DNA of 32,000 nucleotides from Candidatus Saccharimonadota bacterium (GTDB taxonomy: Bacteria; Pseudomonadota; Gammaproteobacteria; Enterobacterales; Enterobacteriaceae), in assembly GCF_004296515.1 (NCBI RefSeq), contig NZ_AP018160.1, positions 30,001 through 62,000 on the forward strand. Direction: 5' to 3'. The notes below the pieces were generated by a model that was not told the DNA's origin, searched no databases, and was given only the letters and a program-made list of their open reading frames with translations. Below, one piece after another: positions 11,674 through 19,771 of the stretch. The position numbers and the translations under genes were made by a program. Every line of letters begins with the position of its first letter. The stretch's first letter is position 1.

Positions 11674-11681
11674 ATATGTTG

Positions 11682-12036
11682 TGGAGCTGGTGGGATTTGA
11701 ACCCACGTCCAAAAGCTCATAAATTATATTATCTACATATTTAGTTTTTCTAAAAAAATATTTTATTATTAAAAGAAAAACATTTAATAATAAATAATTA
11801 AGAATATTAAAAATATATAAATCTCTTAATTAATTTATATATTTACTCTATATTAATATGACTTCTATATATAAATTATATAGAGAGAATTTATACAAGA
11901 AGGAATTTATATTGCAGATGCAAAATAAGATTCATTTGTTTTTAAATTTGCACTTTTTTTTTAAGATTTTTACAAGTTCTTAAACTTGATATGCAAATAT
12001 AATTTAAGTAATACTCTGTCAAAACCTTTCAGCCCC
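11682..12036 (-). ncRNA. ssrA: tmRNA (SsrA), about 355 nt without CCA
   Basis: The reverse complement begins GGGGCTGAAAGGTTTTGACAGAG and ends GGACGTGGGTTCAAATCCCACCAGCTCCA. This gives acceptor pairing GGGGCTG/CAGCTCC and a T-arm GTGGG-TTCAAAT-CCCAC. An internal reading frame GCA AAT TTA AAA ACA AAT GAA TCT TAT TTT GCA TCT GCA ATA TAA occupies 11951-11907. The gene lies immediately downstream of smpB, as in enterobacteria. Confidence 0.92.
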
Positions 12037-12042
12037 TAAATT

Positions 12043-12480
12043 TTAAGATTTATATTTATTTATATTAAAATTAGAATTTTTATTTTTTATATATAATCTT
12101 TTGTCTATTTTTTTTATTTTTTTTGATATTCCAACTTTAATTTTTATATATAAAGTTTTACTTAAAAAAATTGATATTGGTTTTATTATAAAGTTTTTTG
12201 AATTTATTTTATTTAATAAAATTAATATTTCTTTTTTATTTAATAAAAGTTTTATTTTTCTATTATAACTATTTATATTTTTATCTTTTATTGTAAATAT
12301 TGAACCTAATAAAAAAAATTCATTTTTTATTATATTTATATAACTTTTATCAAAATTAGCTTTATTATTTTTTATACATTTAACTTCATATCCTTTTAAT
12401 ACTAATCCAATATCCATTTTATCTTCTATATTATATTTATAAAATGAATTTTTATTATTATTTATATGAATTATATTCAT
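12043..12480 (-). CDS. smpB: SsrA-binding protein SmpB, 145 aa
   Basis: DIGLVLKGYEVKCIKNNKANFDKSYINI and RKIKLLLNKKEILILLNKINSKNFIIKPISIF...IKVGISKKIKKIDKR are colinear with E. coli SmpB ([24 protein letters not shown]..., RTRKLLLNQRELDSL..., GVAKGKKQHDKR). The gene is adjacent to ssrA. Confidence 0.92.
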   Translation of the reverse strand: MNIIHINNNKNSFYKYNIEDKMDIGLVLKGYEVKCIKNNKANFDKSYINIIKNEFFLLGSIFTIKDKNINSYNRKIKLLLNKKEILILLNKINSKNFIIKPISIFLSKTLYIKIKVGISKKIKKIDKRLYIKNKNSNFNINKYKS

Positions 12481-12494
12481 TTTGAAATATTTTA

Positions 12495-12812
12495 TTAATT
12501 AGAATTATTATTATCTATTTTTATAAGAATATCTTCTTCATTAAAATGTAATACTATTTTATTTAAATCTACTATTTTATTATTTTTAACTTTATAATTT
12601 ATATAAAACCAAATTTTATTAGTAAATGGATCTATTATAGATGGATTACCTAATATTTCAATTATTTTTTCTTTATTATCTAATCCTATTTTTAATTTAT
12701 TTAATTGAGAATTAATTATTATATATCCATAAGAATTATTATTTGAATAAATATTTTTATATTTTAAAAATTCAAATATTATTAAAGAAATATATAAAAT
12801 ATTATTTTTCAT
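12495..12812 (-). CDS. bamE: Outer-membrane protein assembly factor BamE (SmpA/OmlA family) homologue, 105 aa, no lipobox cysteine
   Basis: LGNPSIIDPFTNKIWFYINY and IVLHFNEEDILIKIDNN align with E. coli BamE LGTPLMSDPFGTNTWFYVF and LTLTFNSSGVLTNIDNK. Its position between grpE and smpB matches the E. coli order grpE..bamE..smpB-ssrA. Confidence 0.8.
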   Translation of the reverse strand: MKNNILYISLIIFEFLKYKNIYSNNNSYGYIIINSQLNKLKIGLDNKEKIIEILGNPSIIDPFTNKIWFYINYKVKNNKIVDLNKIVLHFNEEDILIKIDNNNSN

Positions 12813-12956
12813 AAGTCTTTTTTAAAATATTTATTATATTATAATTATAATATAATTATAATAATAATTTAATTTTTAATCAAATTAGTTTATACTATAT
12901 TTATTCATATTTTAATTTAAATATTAAATAAATATAAATTTTATAGGATAAATATT

Positions 12957-13574
12957 ATGAATGATAATAAAGATATATTAGAAGAAGAAATAGATATTAA
13001 TAAAAAAGATGATAAAAATTTAGATAATTTAATAAACGAATATATTAATAATATAAATAATTTAAATAATGTAATTGAAAACTATAAAATTGAATTAGAT
13101 AATTTGAAGAAAGAAAAAATTGATAATGAATTAAGATATCAAGCTGAATTAAGTAATATAGATAAAAGAAATAAAATAGAAATTGAAAAAATATATAAAT
13201 TTTCTTTAGAAAATTTTATGAGTGAATTAATTATAGTTATTGATAATTTAGAAAGAGCAATAAATGTTAATGTTGATAAAATTAACGATGATATAATTGA
13301 AGGATTAAATTTAACCTTAAAATCTTTAGTAAAAATTACCAATAAATTTGGTTTATCATCTATAGATAGTATAAATGTTCCTTTTGATCCATCTATACAT
13401 CAAGCAATACTTACTACATTTAATAAAAAATATGAACCCAATTATGTTATAGATATTATTCAAAAAGGATATATATTAAATGAAAGATTAATTAGACCTG
13501 CAATGGTTCAAGTATCTTGTAATTCAGAAAATAATATAGAAAAAAATATGAATATAGATAATAAATTAGAATAA
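12957..13574 (+). CDS. grpE: Nucleotide exchange factor GrpE, 205 aa
   Basis: YKFSLENFMSELIIVIDNLERAI, IIEGLNLTLKSLVKITNKFG, NVPFDPSIHQAI and IQKGYILNERLIRPAMVQVS are colinear with E. coli GrpE. An AGGA Shine-Dalgarno lies at 12945-12948. Confidence 0.92.
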   Translation: MNDNKDILEEEIDINKKDDKNLDNLINEYINNINNLNNVIENYKIELDNLKKEKIDNELRYQAELSNIDKRNKIEIEKIYKFSLENFMSELIIVIDNLERAINVNVDKINDDIIEGLNLTLKSLVKITNKFGLSSIDSINVPFDPSIHQAILTTFNKKYEPNYVIDIIQKGYILNERLIRPAMVQVSCNSENNIEKNMNIDNKLE

Positions 13575-14225
13575 ATTCCAATCTATTATTTTTTTGTTTT
13601 GATTTTTTAAAATATTATTAATTTTTATAAAATGTTTACATCCAAAAAATCCTTTATTAGCAGATAAAGGAGATGGATGTGATGCTTTTAATATAAAATG
13701 TTTTTTTTTATCTATTAAATATTCTATTTTTTTTGAGTAATTACCCCATAATACAAATATTATTCCATTTTTATTATTATTAATTATTTTTAATATATTT
13801 TCTGTAAATATTTCCCATCCTATATTTGAATGAGATAATGGTTTATTTTTTTCTACTGTTAATATTCTATTTAATAATAATATTCCTTGATTAGACCAAT
13901 ATTTTAAATATCCATGTTTTGGATATTTAAAATTATTTATATTATTTTTTATTTCTATAAATATATTATTTAATGATTTTGGTATTTTTGAATTTAAATT
14001 AACAGAAAAAGATAATCCATTCGCTTGATTTATATTTGGATAAGGATCTTGACCTATAATTACTATTTTAGTAATATCAAAAGGTGTTAATTTAAATGAA
14101 TTAAATATATTATTTATTTTAGGATATATAATTTTATTATTTTTAATTTCTTTATATATAAAATTATTCATTTTAATAAAATAATTTTTATTTTTTTCTT
14201 TATTTATTATATCTTTCCAATTCAT
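13566..14225 (-). CDS. ung: Uracil-DNA glycosylase, 219 aa
   Basis: The family-1 UDG catalytic motifs are intact: VIIGQDPYPN (water-activating loop) and HPSPLSANKGFFGCKHF. LLLNRILTV is also present. Confidence 0.95.
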   Translation of the reverse strand: MNWKDIINKEKNKNYFIKMNNFIYKEIKNNKIIYPKINNIFNSFKLTPFDITKIVIIGQDPYPNINQANGLSFSVNLNSKIPKSLNNIFIEIKNNINNFKYPKHGYLKYWSNQGILLLNRILTVEKNKPLSHSNIGWEIFTENILKIINNNKNGIIFVLWGNYSKKIEYLIDKKKHFILKASHPSPLSANKGFFGCKHFIKINNILKNQNKKIIDWNLF

Positions 14226-14270
14226 ATAATTATATTTTTAATTTTATATAAAATATATAGTATCATTTTT

Positions 14271-16079
14271 ATGAATAAAAATAAATTGAATTTTAATATT
14301 AGAAATTTTTGTATAATTGCCCATATAAATCATGGTAAATCTACTCTTTCTAATAAAATAATAGAATATTGTAATAATAATTTTTATAAAAAAAATATAA
14401 AAAGTAATGAACCATTAGATAATTTGGAAATAGAAAAAAAAAGAGGAATAACTATAAAATCTAAAAATATTACTTTAAATTTTAATTATAAAAATAATTT
14501 ATATAAATTTAATTTAATTGATACTCCTGGGCATGCAGATTTTTATTCAGAAATAATTAAAATAATTAATGTATGTAATGGAGCTTTATTAGTTATAGAT
14601 TCTACTAAAGGAATACAATCACAAACTATATTTAATTATAATTTAGCTAAAGATAATAATTTAAATTTAATATTTGTAATAAATAAAGTAGATTTAAAGT
14701 TATCTAATACTAATAAAATAATAGATGATATTAAAAATTATTTTAATTTAAATGAATTTAATTATGTATTATGTTCTTCAAAAACTGGATATGGTATAGA
14801 TAATTTAGTAGAAAAAATAATCAAATTTATTTCTAAACCTAATATTTTATTAACAAATAATTTAGAAATAATTATTTTAGATGTAAAATTTAATAATTAT
14901 TTAGGAATTATATTAACAGTATATATTAAAAGTGGATATTTAATTAAAGGATCTAAAATTTTTAATAAAAATAATAATATATTTTTGATAATAAAATTAT
15001 TAGGTATTTTTAATATTAATAATGATTATATAGATATATTAAATTCTGGGGATATTGGATGGATATCATTTACTTATAAAAAAATTATGAATTTTTATAT
15101 AGGAGATACTATTTATAATTATGTTAATAAGTATGAAAAAAATAATAATATTAGTAATAATATTGAATCTAATATATATTGTAGCTTATTTACTAAAGAA
15201 TATAATGAATTTAATAAATTTGAAAAATCTATAGTTATTTTTTCATTAAGTGATTGTTCATTTAAATATAATAAAGAATATTCTAATTTATTTGGATTTG
15301 GATTTAAATGTGGATTTATAAGTTTATTACATATGGAAGTTGTTATAGAAAGATTAGAAAAAGAATTTAATTTAAAATTAATATATACATTTCCTAATAT
15401 AGAGTATAAAATATATACTAAAAATAATAAAATTATAAATATAAAAAATCCTAGTGATATATATAAATATAATATAAAATATATAAGTGAACCTATATCT
15501 ATTTGTGAAATAATAACTCCAAATAAATATATGAATAATATTGTAAAATTATGTTTAGATAAAAGAGGAGTAAAAATAAATATTTTAAATTATAATAATG
15601 ATAATTATAAATTAATATATTATATTCCTATATCTGAAATAATAAACAATTTTTTTGATGATATAAAATCAATATCAAATGGATATGCATATTTTAATTA
15701 TAAATTTAGTCATTTTGAAAAAACTAAATTATTTATAATTGAAATTGAAATAAATAATTATATAATAAATCAATTAACATGTTTTGTAAGTGAAAATAAT
15801 ATAAAAAGTAAAATTTTATATATAAATAATAAATTGTCTGAATTAATACATCGTAAACAATTTGATATTGTTATAAAGATTTTATTAAATAAAAAAGTTG
15901 TCTCTAAAAAAATTATAAAACAATTTAGGAAAGATGTTATAAGTAAATGTTATGGTGGAGATATAAGTAGGAAAAAGAAACTATTAGATAAACAAAAAAA
16001 AGGAAAAAAAAAGATAAAAAAAAATAATACATTAAATGTAAAATTAGATGAAATTAAATCTATATTTTATATTAATTAA
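14271..16079 (+). CDS. lepA: Elongation factor 4 (LepA), 602 aa
   Basis: GTPase motifs IIAHINHGKSTL, DTPGHADF and NKVDL are present. The LepA-specific C-terminal region is present, with the KKLLDKQKKGKKK tail. The gene is followed by lepB-rnc, as in E. coli. Confidence 0.95.
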   Translation: MNKNKLNFNIRNFCIIAHINHGKSTLSNKIIEYCNNNFYKKNIKSNEPLDNLEIEKKRGITIKSKNITLNFNYKNNLYKFNLIDTPGHADFYSEIIKIINVCNGALLVIDSTKGIQSQTIFNYNLAKDNNLNLIFVINKVDLKLSNTNKIIDDIKNYFNLNEFNYVLCSSKTGYGIDNLVEKIIKFISKPNILLTNNLEIIILDVKFNNYLGIILTVYIKSGYLIKGSKIFNKNNNIFLIIKLLGIFNINNDYIDILNSGDIGWISFTYKKIMNFYIGDTIYNYVNKYEKNNNISNNIESNIYCSLFTKEYNEFNKFEKSIVIFSLSDCSFKYNKEYSNLFGFGFKCGFISLLHMEVVIERLEKEFNLKLIYTFPNIEYKIYTKNNKIINIKNPSDIYKYNIKYISEPISICEIITPNKYMNNIVKLCLDKRGVKINILNYNNDNYKLIYYIPISEIINNFFDDIKSISNGYAYFNYKFSHFEKTKLFIIEIEINNYIINQLTCFVSENNIKSKILYINNKLSELIHRKQFDIVIKILLNKKVVSKKIIKQFRKDVISKCYGGDISRKKKLLDKQKKGKKKIKKNNTLNVKLDEIKSIFYIN

Positions 16080-16100
16080 ATAACTTATCAAACAATAATT

Positions 16101-16919
16101 ATGTGTAAATTTTTATTTTTAATTTTTTTTATTGGTTTAATTTTTATGTTTAAATTTTTCAGAGAAAATATGAGTAATTTTTATTTAAAAATTAAAAATT
16201 TATTTTCATATTTTAAATTAACAATTTATATATTGTTTATATCGTTTATTTTTAGATTTTTTTTATATGAAACATTTTATATTTCTTCTTCATCTATGTT
16301 TCCTAATTTATTAATTGGTGATTTTATTATAACTAAAAAATACACTTTTAATATAATAAATTCATTATTAAAAAATAGATTTTCTAATAATTTAAATATA
16401 AAAAGAGGTGATATAATTTTATTTAAGTTTCCATTAAATAAAAAAATGTTTTTTATAAAGAGAGTTATTGGTATTCCTGGTGATGAAATTGAATATGATT
16501 TTTTAAATAAAAAAATTAAATTATATAATAAAAAACTTAATTTATTAGATTATAAATTAAATTATTTAAATTTATTAAATAGTAATAAATTTTTAAATTT
16601 ATATAATGAATATAATGTTTTTATAGATAAAACAGAAAATATTAATAATAAATCATATTCCATTTTTATAAATAATTTAGATAAAAATGAAATGAATTGT
16701 TTATTATTAAATAATAAAGATAATGTAATTAGATGGATTGTTCCCAATAATTGCTATTTTGTAATCGGAGATAATAGAAATAATAGTTTTGATAGTAGAT
16801 ATTGGGGATTTTTAGATAAAAAATATATATTAGGAAAATTTATATTTAAAGTATTTAATTTTAATATAAATAAGATTTTAATCTTTTTAAAAAGTAAAAA
16901 TTTTATTAAACTAATATGA
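16101..16919 (+). CDS. lepB: Signal peptidase I (LepB), 272 aa
   Basis: Two N-terminal hydrophobic segments are present. The catalytic Ser box is SSSSMFPNLLIGDFI, the Lys box is KRVIGIPGDEI, and GDNRNNSFDSRYWGF is present. The start at 16101 is the longest option, and later Mets cannot be excluded. Confidence 0.9.
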   Translation: MCKFLFLIFFIGLIFMFKFFRENMSNFYLKIKNLFSYFKLTIYILFISFIFRFFLYETFYISSSSMFPNLLIGDFIITKKYTFNIINSLLKNRFSNNLNIKRGDIILFKFPLNKKMFFIKRVIGIPGDEIEYDFLNKKIKLYNKKLNLLDYKLNYLNLLNSNKFLNLYNEYNVFIDKTENINNKSYSIFINNLDKNEMNCLLLNNKDNVIRWIVPNNCYFVIGDNRNNSFDSRYWGFLDKKYILGKFIFKVFNFNINKILIFLKSKNFIKLI

Positions 16920-17608
16920 AATTTGTAGAATTAGAAGATAAATTAAATTATTATTTTAAAAATAAAGATTTATTATTTCAATCATTATCTCATAAAAGTA
17001 TTGGATCTTTTAATAATGAAAAATTAGAATTTTTAGGAGATTCAGTACTTAATTTTATAATTACAACTAATATATATAATATATTTAATGATTTAAATGA
17101 AGGAGATATGAGTTATATAAGATCAAATTTAATTCAATCTAAAAATTTAATTAAAATAGCTAAAAAATTAAATATAAAAAATTATATACAATTTTCTTCT
17201 GTAAACGATAAAATAGATTATTTTATAAATTACTTATTAGCTAATTCTTTAGAAGCAATAATAGGTGCTATTTTTTTAGATGGTGGAATTGAATCTGTAA
17301 AAAAATTTATATTTAGTCAGTTTAATGAAAATTTAAATAAATTAAAAAATAATAGAGATTTAAATAAAGATTTTAAAACTTTATTACAAGAATTACTACA
17401 AAAATTACATTTTTCATTACCAATATATGATACAGTTAAAATTAAAAATTATAAATATAATTTAAAAAAGTTTTATATTTTATGTAAAATTAGCAATCCA
17501 AAATATATTGAAACCAATGGTATTGGATTAAATAAAAAACAGGCTGAACAAATAGCTGCAAAAAAAATGTTAAAATTATTAAATTATAATTTTAATAAAA
17601 ATATATGA
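16916..17608 (+). CDS. rnc: Ribonuclease III, 230 aa
   Basis: RNase III signature EKLEFLGDSVLNF, second catalytic block NSLEAIIGAIFLDGG, and a C-terminal dsRBD (KDFKTLLQELLQ...KKQAEQIAAKKML). An ATGA start/stop overlap joins it to lepB. Confidence 0.93.
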   Translation: MKFVELEDKLNYYFKNKDLLFQSLSHKSIGSFNNEKLEFLGDSVLNFIITTNIYNIFNDLNEGDMSYIRSNLIQSKNLIKIAKKLNIKNYIQFSSVNDKIDYFINYLLANSLEAIIGAIFLDGGIESVKKFIFSQFNENLNKLKNNRDLNKDFKTLLQELLQKLHFSLPIYDTVKIKNYKYNLKKFYILCKISNPKYIETNGIGLNKKQAEQIAAKKMLKLLNYNFNKNI

Positions 17609-19278
17609 AAAGTTACTATTGTAAAGATATAAATAATTTATTTATAAATAAAAAAATAATTTTAAATGGATGGATATATAATAAAAAAATATTAAAAAAT
17701 ATTATATTTATTAATTTAAGAGATAGTTCTGGTGAAATACAATTAGTATGTTATAAAAATAATATAAATTTTGATAAAATATCAAAATTAAAATGTGAGA
17801 GTTGTATTAAAGTTTGTGGATTTGTAAAACATAAAAAATTACTCTTTATAAATAAAAATATATATAATAATTTTGAAATTGAAATTAAATATATAAATTT
17901 ATTATGTGATTCTAATTCATTACCAATTGATTTTAATAGTAATTTATCTGAATATCAAAAATTAAAATTTCGTTATTTATATTTAAGAAATAAAAAACCT
18001 TCAAATTTAATTAAAATAAAGTCTGAAATAAATTGGTATGTTCATAAATTTATGAGAAAAAATAATTTTTTAAATATAGAAACTCCTATTTTATCAAAAA
18101 GATTTATACATGAAGGATCTAAAAATTATATAGTTTCTAGTAGAAAATATAATAATAAATATTATTCTTTATCTCAATCACCTCAATTATTTAAGCAAAT
18201 ATTAATGATTTCTGGATTTGATAAATATTATCAAATTGCAAAATGTTTTAGAGATGAAGATTTAAGATCTGATAGACAACCAGAATTTACACAAATAGAT
18301 TTTGAAGTTTCATTTAAATATGAAAATTATATATATAATATTACTGAAAAATTGATAAAATATATTTTTAAACAAATTTTAAATATTAATATAGATAATA
18401 AATTTAAAAAAATAACTTTTAAAGAATCTATTAATAAGTTTGGTACAGATAAACCTGATTTAAGAAGTTTACTAGAAATAATACATATAAATAATTTATT
18501 AAATGTAGATAATTTATCATATATGTTTGATATAATACATATACCTAATGGTATTTATATTAAAAATATAAATAATTATATAATTAATTTTAATTTAAAT
18601 AATAATTTATTTATATTAAATTTTAATAAATTTAAATATTTTTTAAATTATTTAAATTTAAATATTAATAATATATTATATGAAAAAATAATATTTTATT
18701 TAAATAAAAATACTATTAATATTAATAATGATTTAATATTAATATATATAATAGATAAAAATTTATATTCTATTGAAATTATTAGCAAAATAAGAACATA
18801 TATTGGAATACAATTATCTGTAGAAAAATTTTCTTTTATCTGGATTACTGATTTTCCTATGTTTAAATTAAATAATGGTAATATAGAATCAATGCATCAT
18901 CCATTTAGTTCTCCTAAAAAAAATAATATTAATAAAATTAATAAACTTTATATTAATAAAAATATAAATTCTTTATTATCTAGATCTTATGATTTAGTTA
19001 TTAATGGATACGAAGTTGCAAGTGGTTCTGTTAGAATAAATAATAGAAAAACACAAGAATTAATTTTTGATTTATTAAATATTTCTAAAATAGATCAAAA
19101 AAAATATTTTGGTTTTTTTTTAGATGCTCTTAGCTATGGTGCACCTCCACATTCTGGAATAGCTATTGGTTTAGATAGATTAACTATGTTAATAACTAAT
19201 ATAAATAATATAAAAGATATTATAGCTTTTCCTAAAACATCATCAGCTTATGATTTATTAATGGATTTTCCTAATTAA
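17605..19278 (+). CDS. aspS: Aspartate--tRNA ligase, 557 aa
   Basis: Class II motifs are present: FRDEDLRSDRQPEFTQIDFE (motif 2) and GIAIGLDRLTMLI (motif 3). QSPQLFKQILMISGFDKYYQIAKCF is also present. An ATGA overlap joins it to rnc. Confidence 0.95.
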   Translation: MKSYYCKDINNLFINKKIILNGWIYNKKILKNIIFINLRDSSGEIQLVCYKNNINFDKISKLKCESCIKVCGFVKHKKLLFINKNIYNNFEIEIKYINLLCDSNSLPIDFNSNLSEYQKLKFRYLYLRNKKPSNLIKIKSEINWYVHKFMRKNNFLNIETPILSKRFIHEGSKNYIVSSRKYNNKYYSLSQSPQLFKQILMISGFDKYYQIAKCFRDEDLRSDRQPEFTQIDFEVSFKYENYIYNITEKLIKYIFKQILNINIDNKFKKITFKESINKFGTDKPDLRSLLEIIHINNLLNVDNLSYMFDIIHIPNGIYIKNINNYIINFNLNNNLFILNFNKFKYFLNYLNLNINNILYEKIIFYLNKNTININNDLILIYIIDKNLYSIEIISKIRTYIGIQLSVEKFSFIWITDFPMFKLNNGNIESMHHPFSSPKKNNINKINKLYINKNINSLLSRSYDLVINGYEVASGSVRINNRKTQELIFDLLNISKIDQKKYFGFFLDALSYGAPPHSGIAIGLDRLTMLITNINNIKDIIAFPKTSSAYDLLMDFPN

Positions 19279-19283
19279 TAAAT

Positions 19284-19760
19284 ATGAAAATTATATTAGG
19301 AGTTGATCCTGGTTCTAAAATAACTGGATATGGTTTTTTAGAATTATATAAAAATGAAATTAATTACTTATTTAGTGGATATATTTTTTTAAAAGATAAG
19401 AATTTTTTTAAAAGATTAAATATTATATATAAAGAAATGAAATTAATAATTAAAAAATATAATCCTAATTATTTTGCTATAGAAAAAATATTTGTTGGAA
19501 AAAATATGGATTCCGCCATAAAATTAAGTCACGCTAGAAGTGCTGCTATTTTAGCATTAAATAATTTTAATATTCCTATCTATGAATATACATTTAGTCA
19601 AGTAAAAAAATGTTTATTAAAAATAGATAATAATAATACTAATATAAAAAATATCATTTTGAATAGATTAAAGATAAATAATAATAATTTTAAAGAAGAT
19701 GTATTTGATGCTTTAGCAATAGCTATAACTAATTTTTATGATATAAAAAATTTTATATAA
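19284..19760 (+). CDS. ruvC: Crossover junction endodeoxyribonuclease RuvC, 158 aa
   Basis: ILGVDPGSKITGYG, YFAIEKIFVGKNMDSAIKLSHARS and EDVFDALAIAITN are colinear with E. coli RuvC. The four acidic catalytic positions (D, E, D, D) are all present. Confidence 0.9.
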   Translation: MKIILGVDPGSKITGYGFLELYKNEINYLFSGYIFLKDKNFFKRLNIIYKEMKLIIKKYNPNYFAIEKIFVGKNMDSAIKLSHARSAAILALNNFNIPIYEYTFSQVKKCLLKIDNNNTNIKNIILNRLKINNNNFKEDVFDALAIAITNFYDIKNFI

Positions 19761-19771
19761 ATAAATTAAAT

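Noticed and set aside
11674-11712. Track N-terminal extension of metG (MDVGSNPTSSTTY)
   Set aside because: This segment is the tmRNA acceptor/T-arm read as protein. The conserved MetRS N-terminus begins at the ATG at 11673.
13139-13342. 67-aa minus-strand ORF
   Set aside because: It is antisense within grpE and has no motif or start context.
16562-16747. 61-aa minus-strand ORF
   Set aside because: It is antisense within lepB and is low in complexity.
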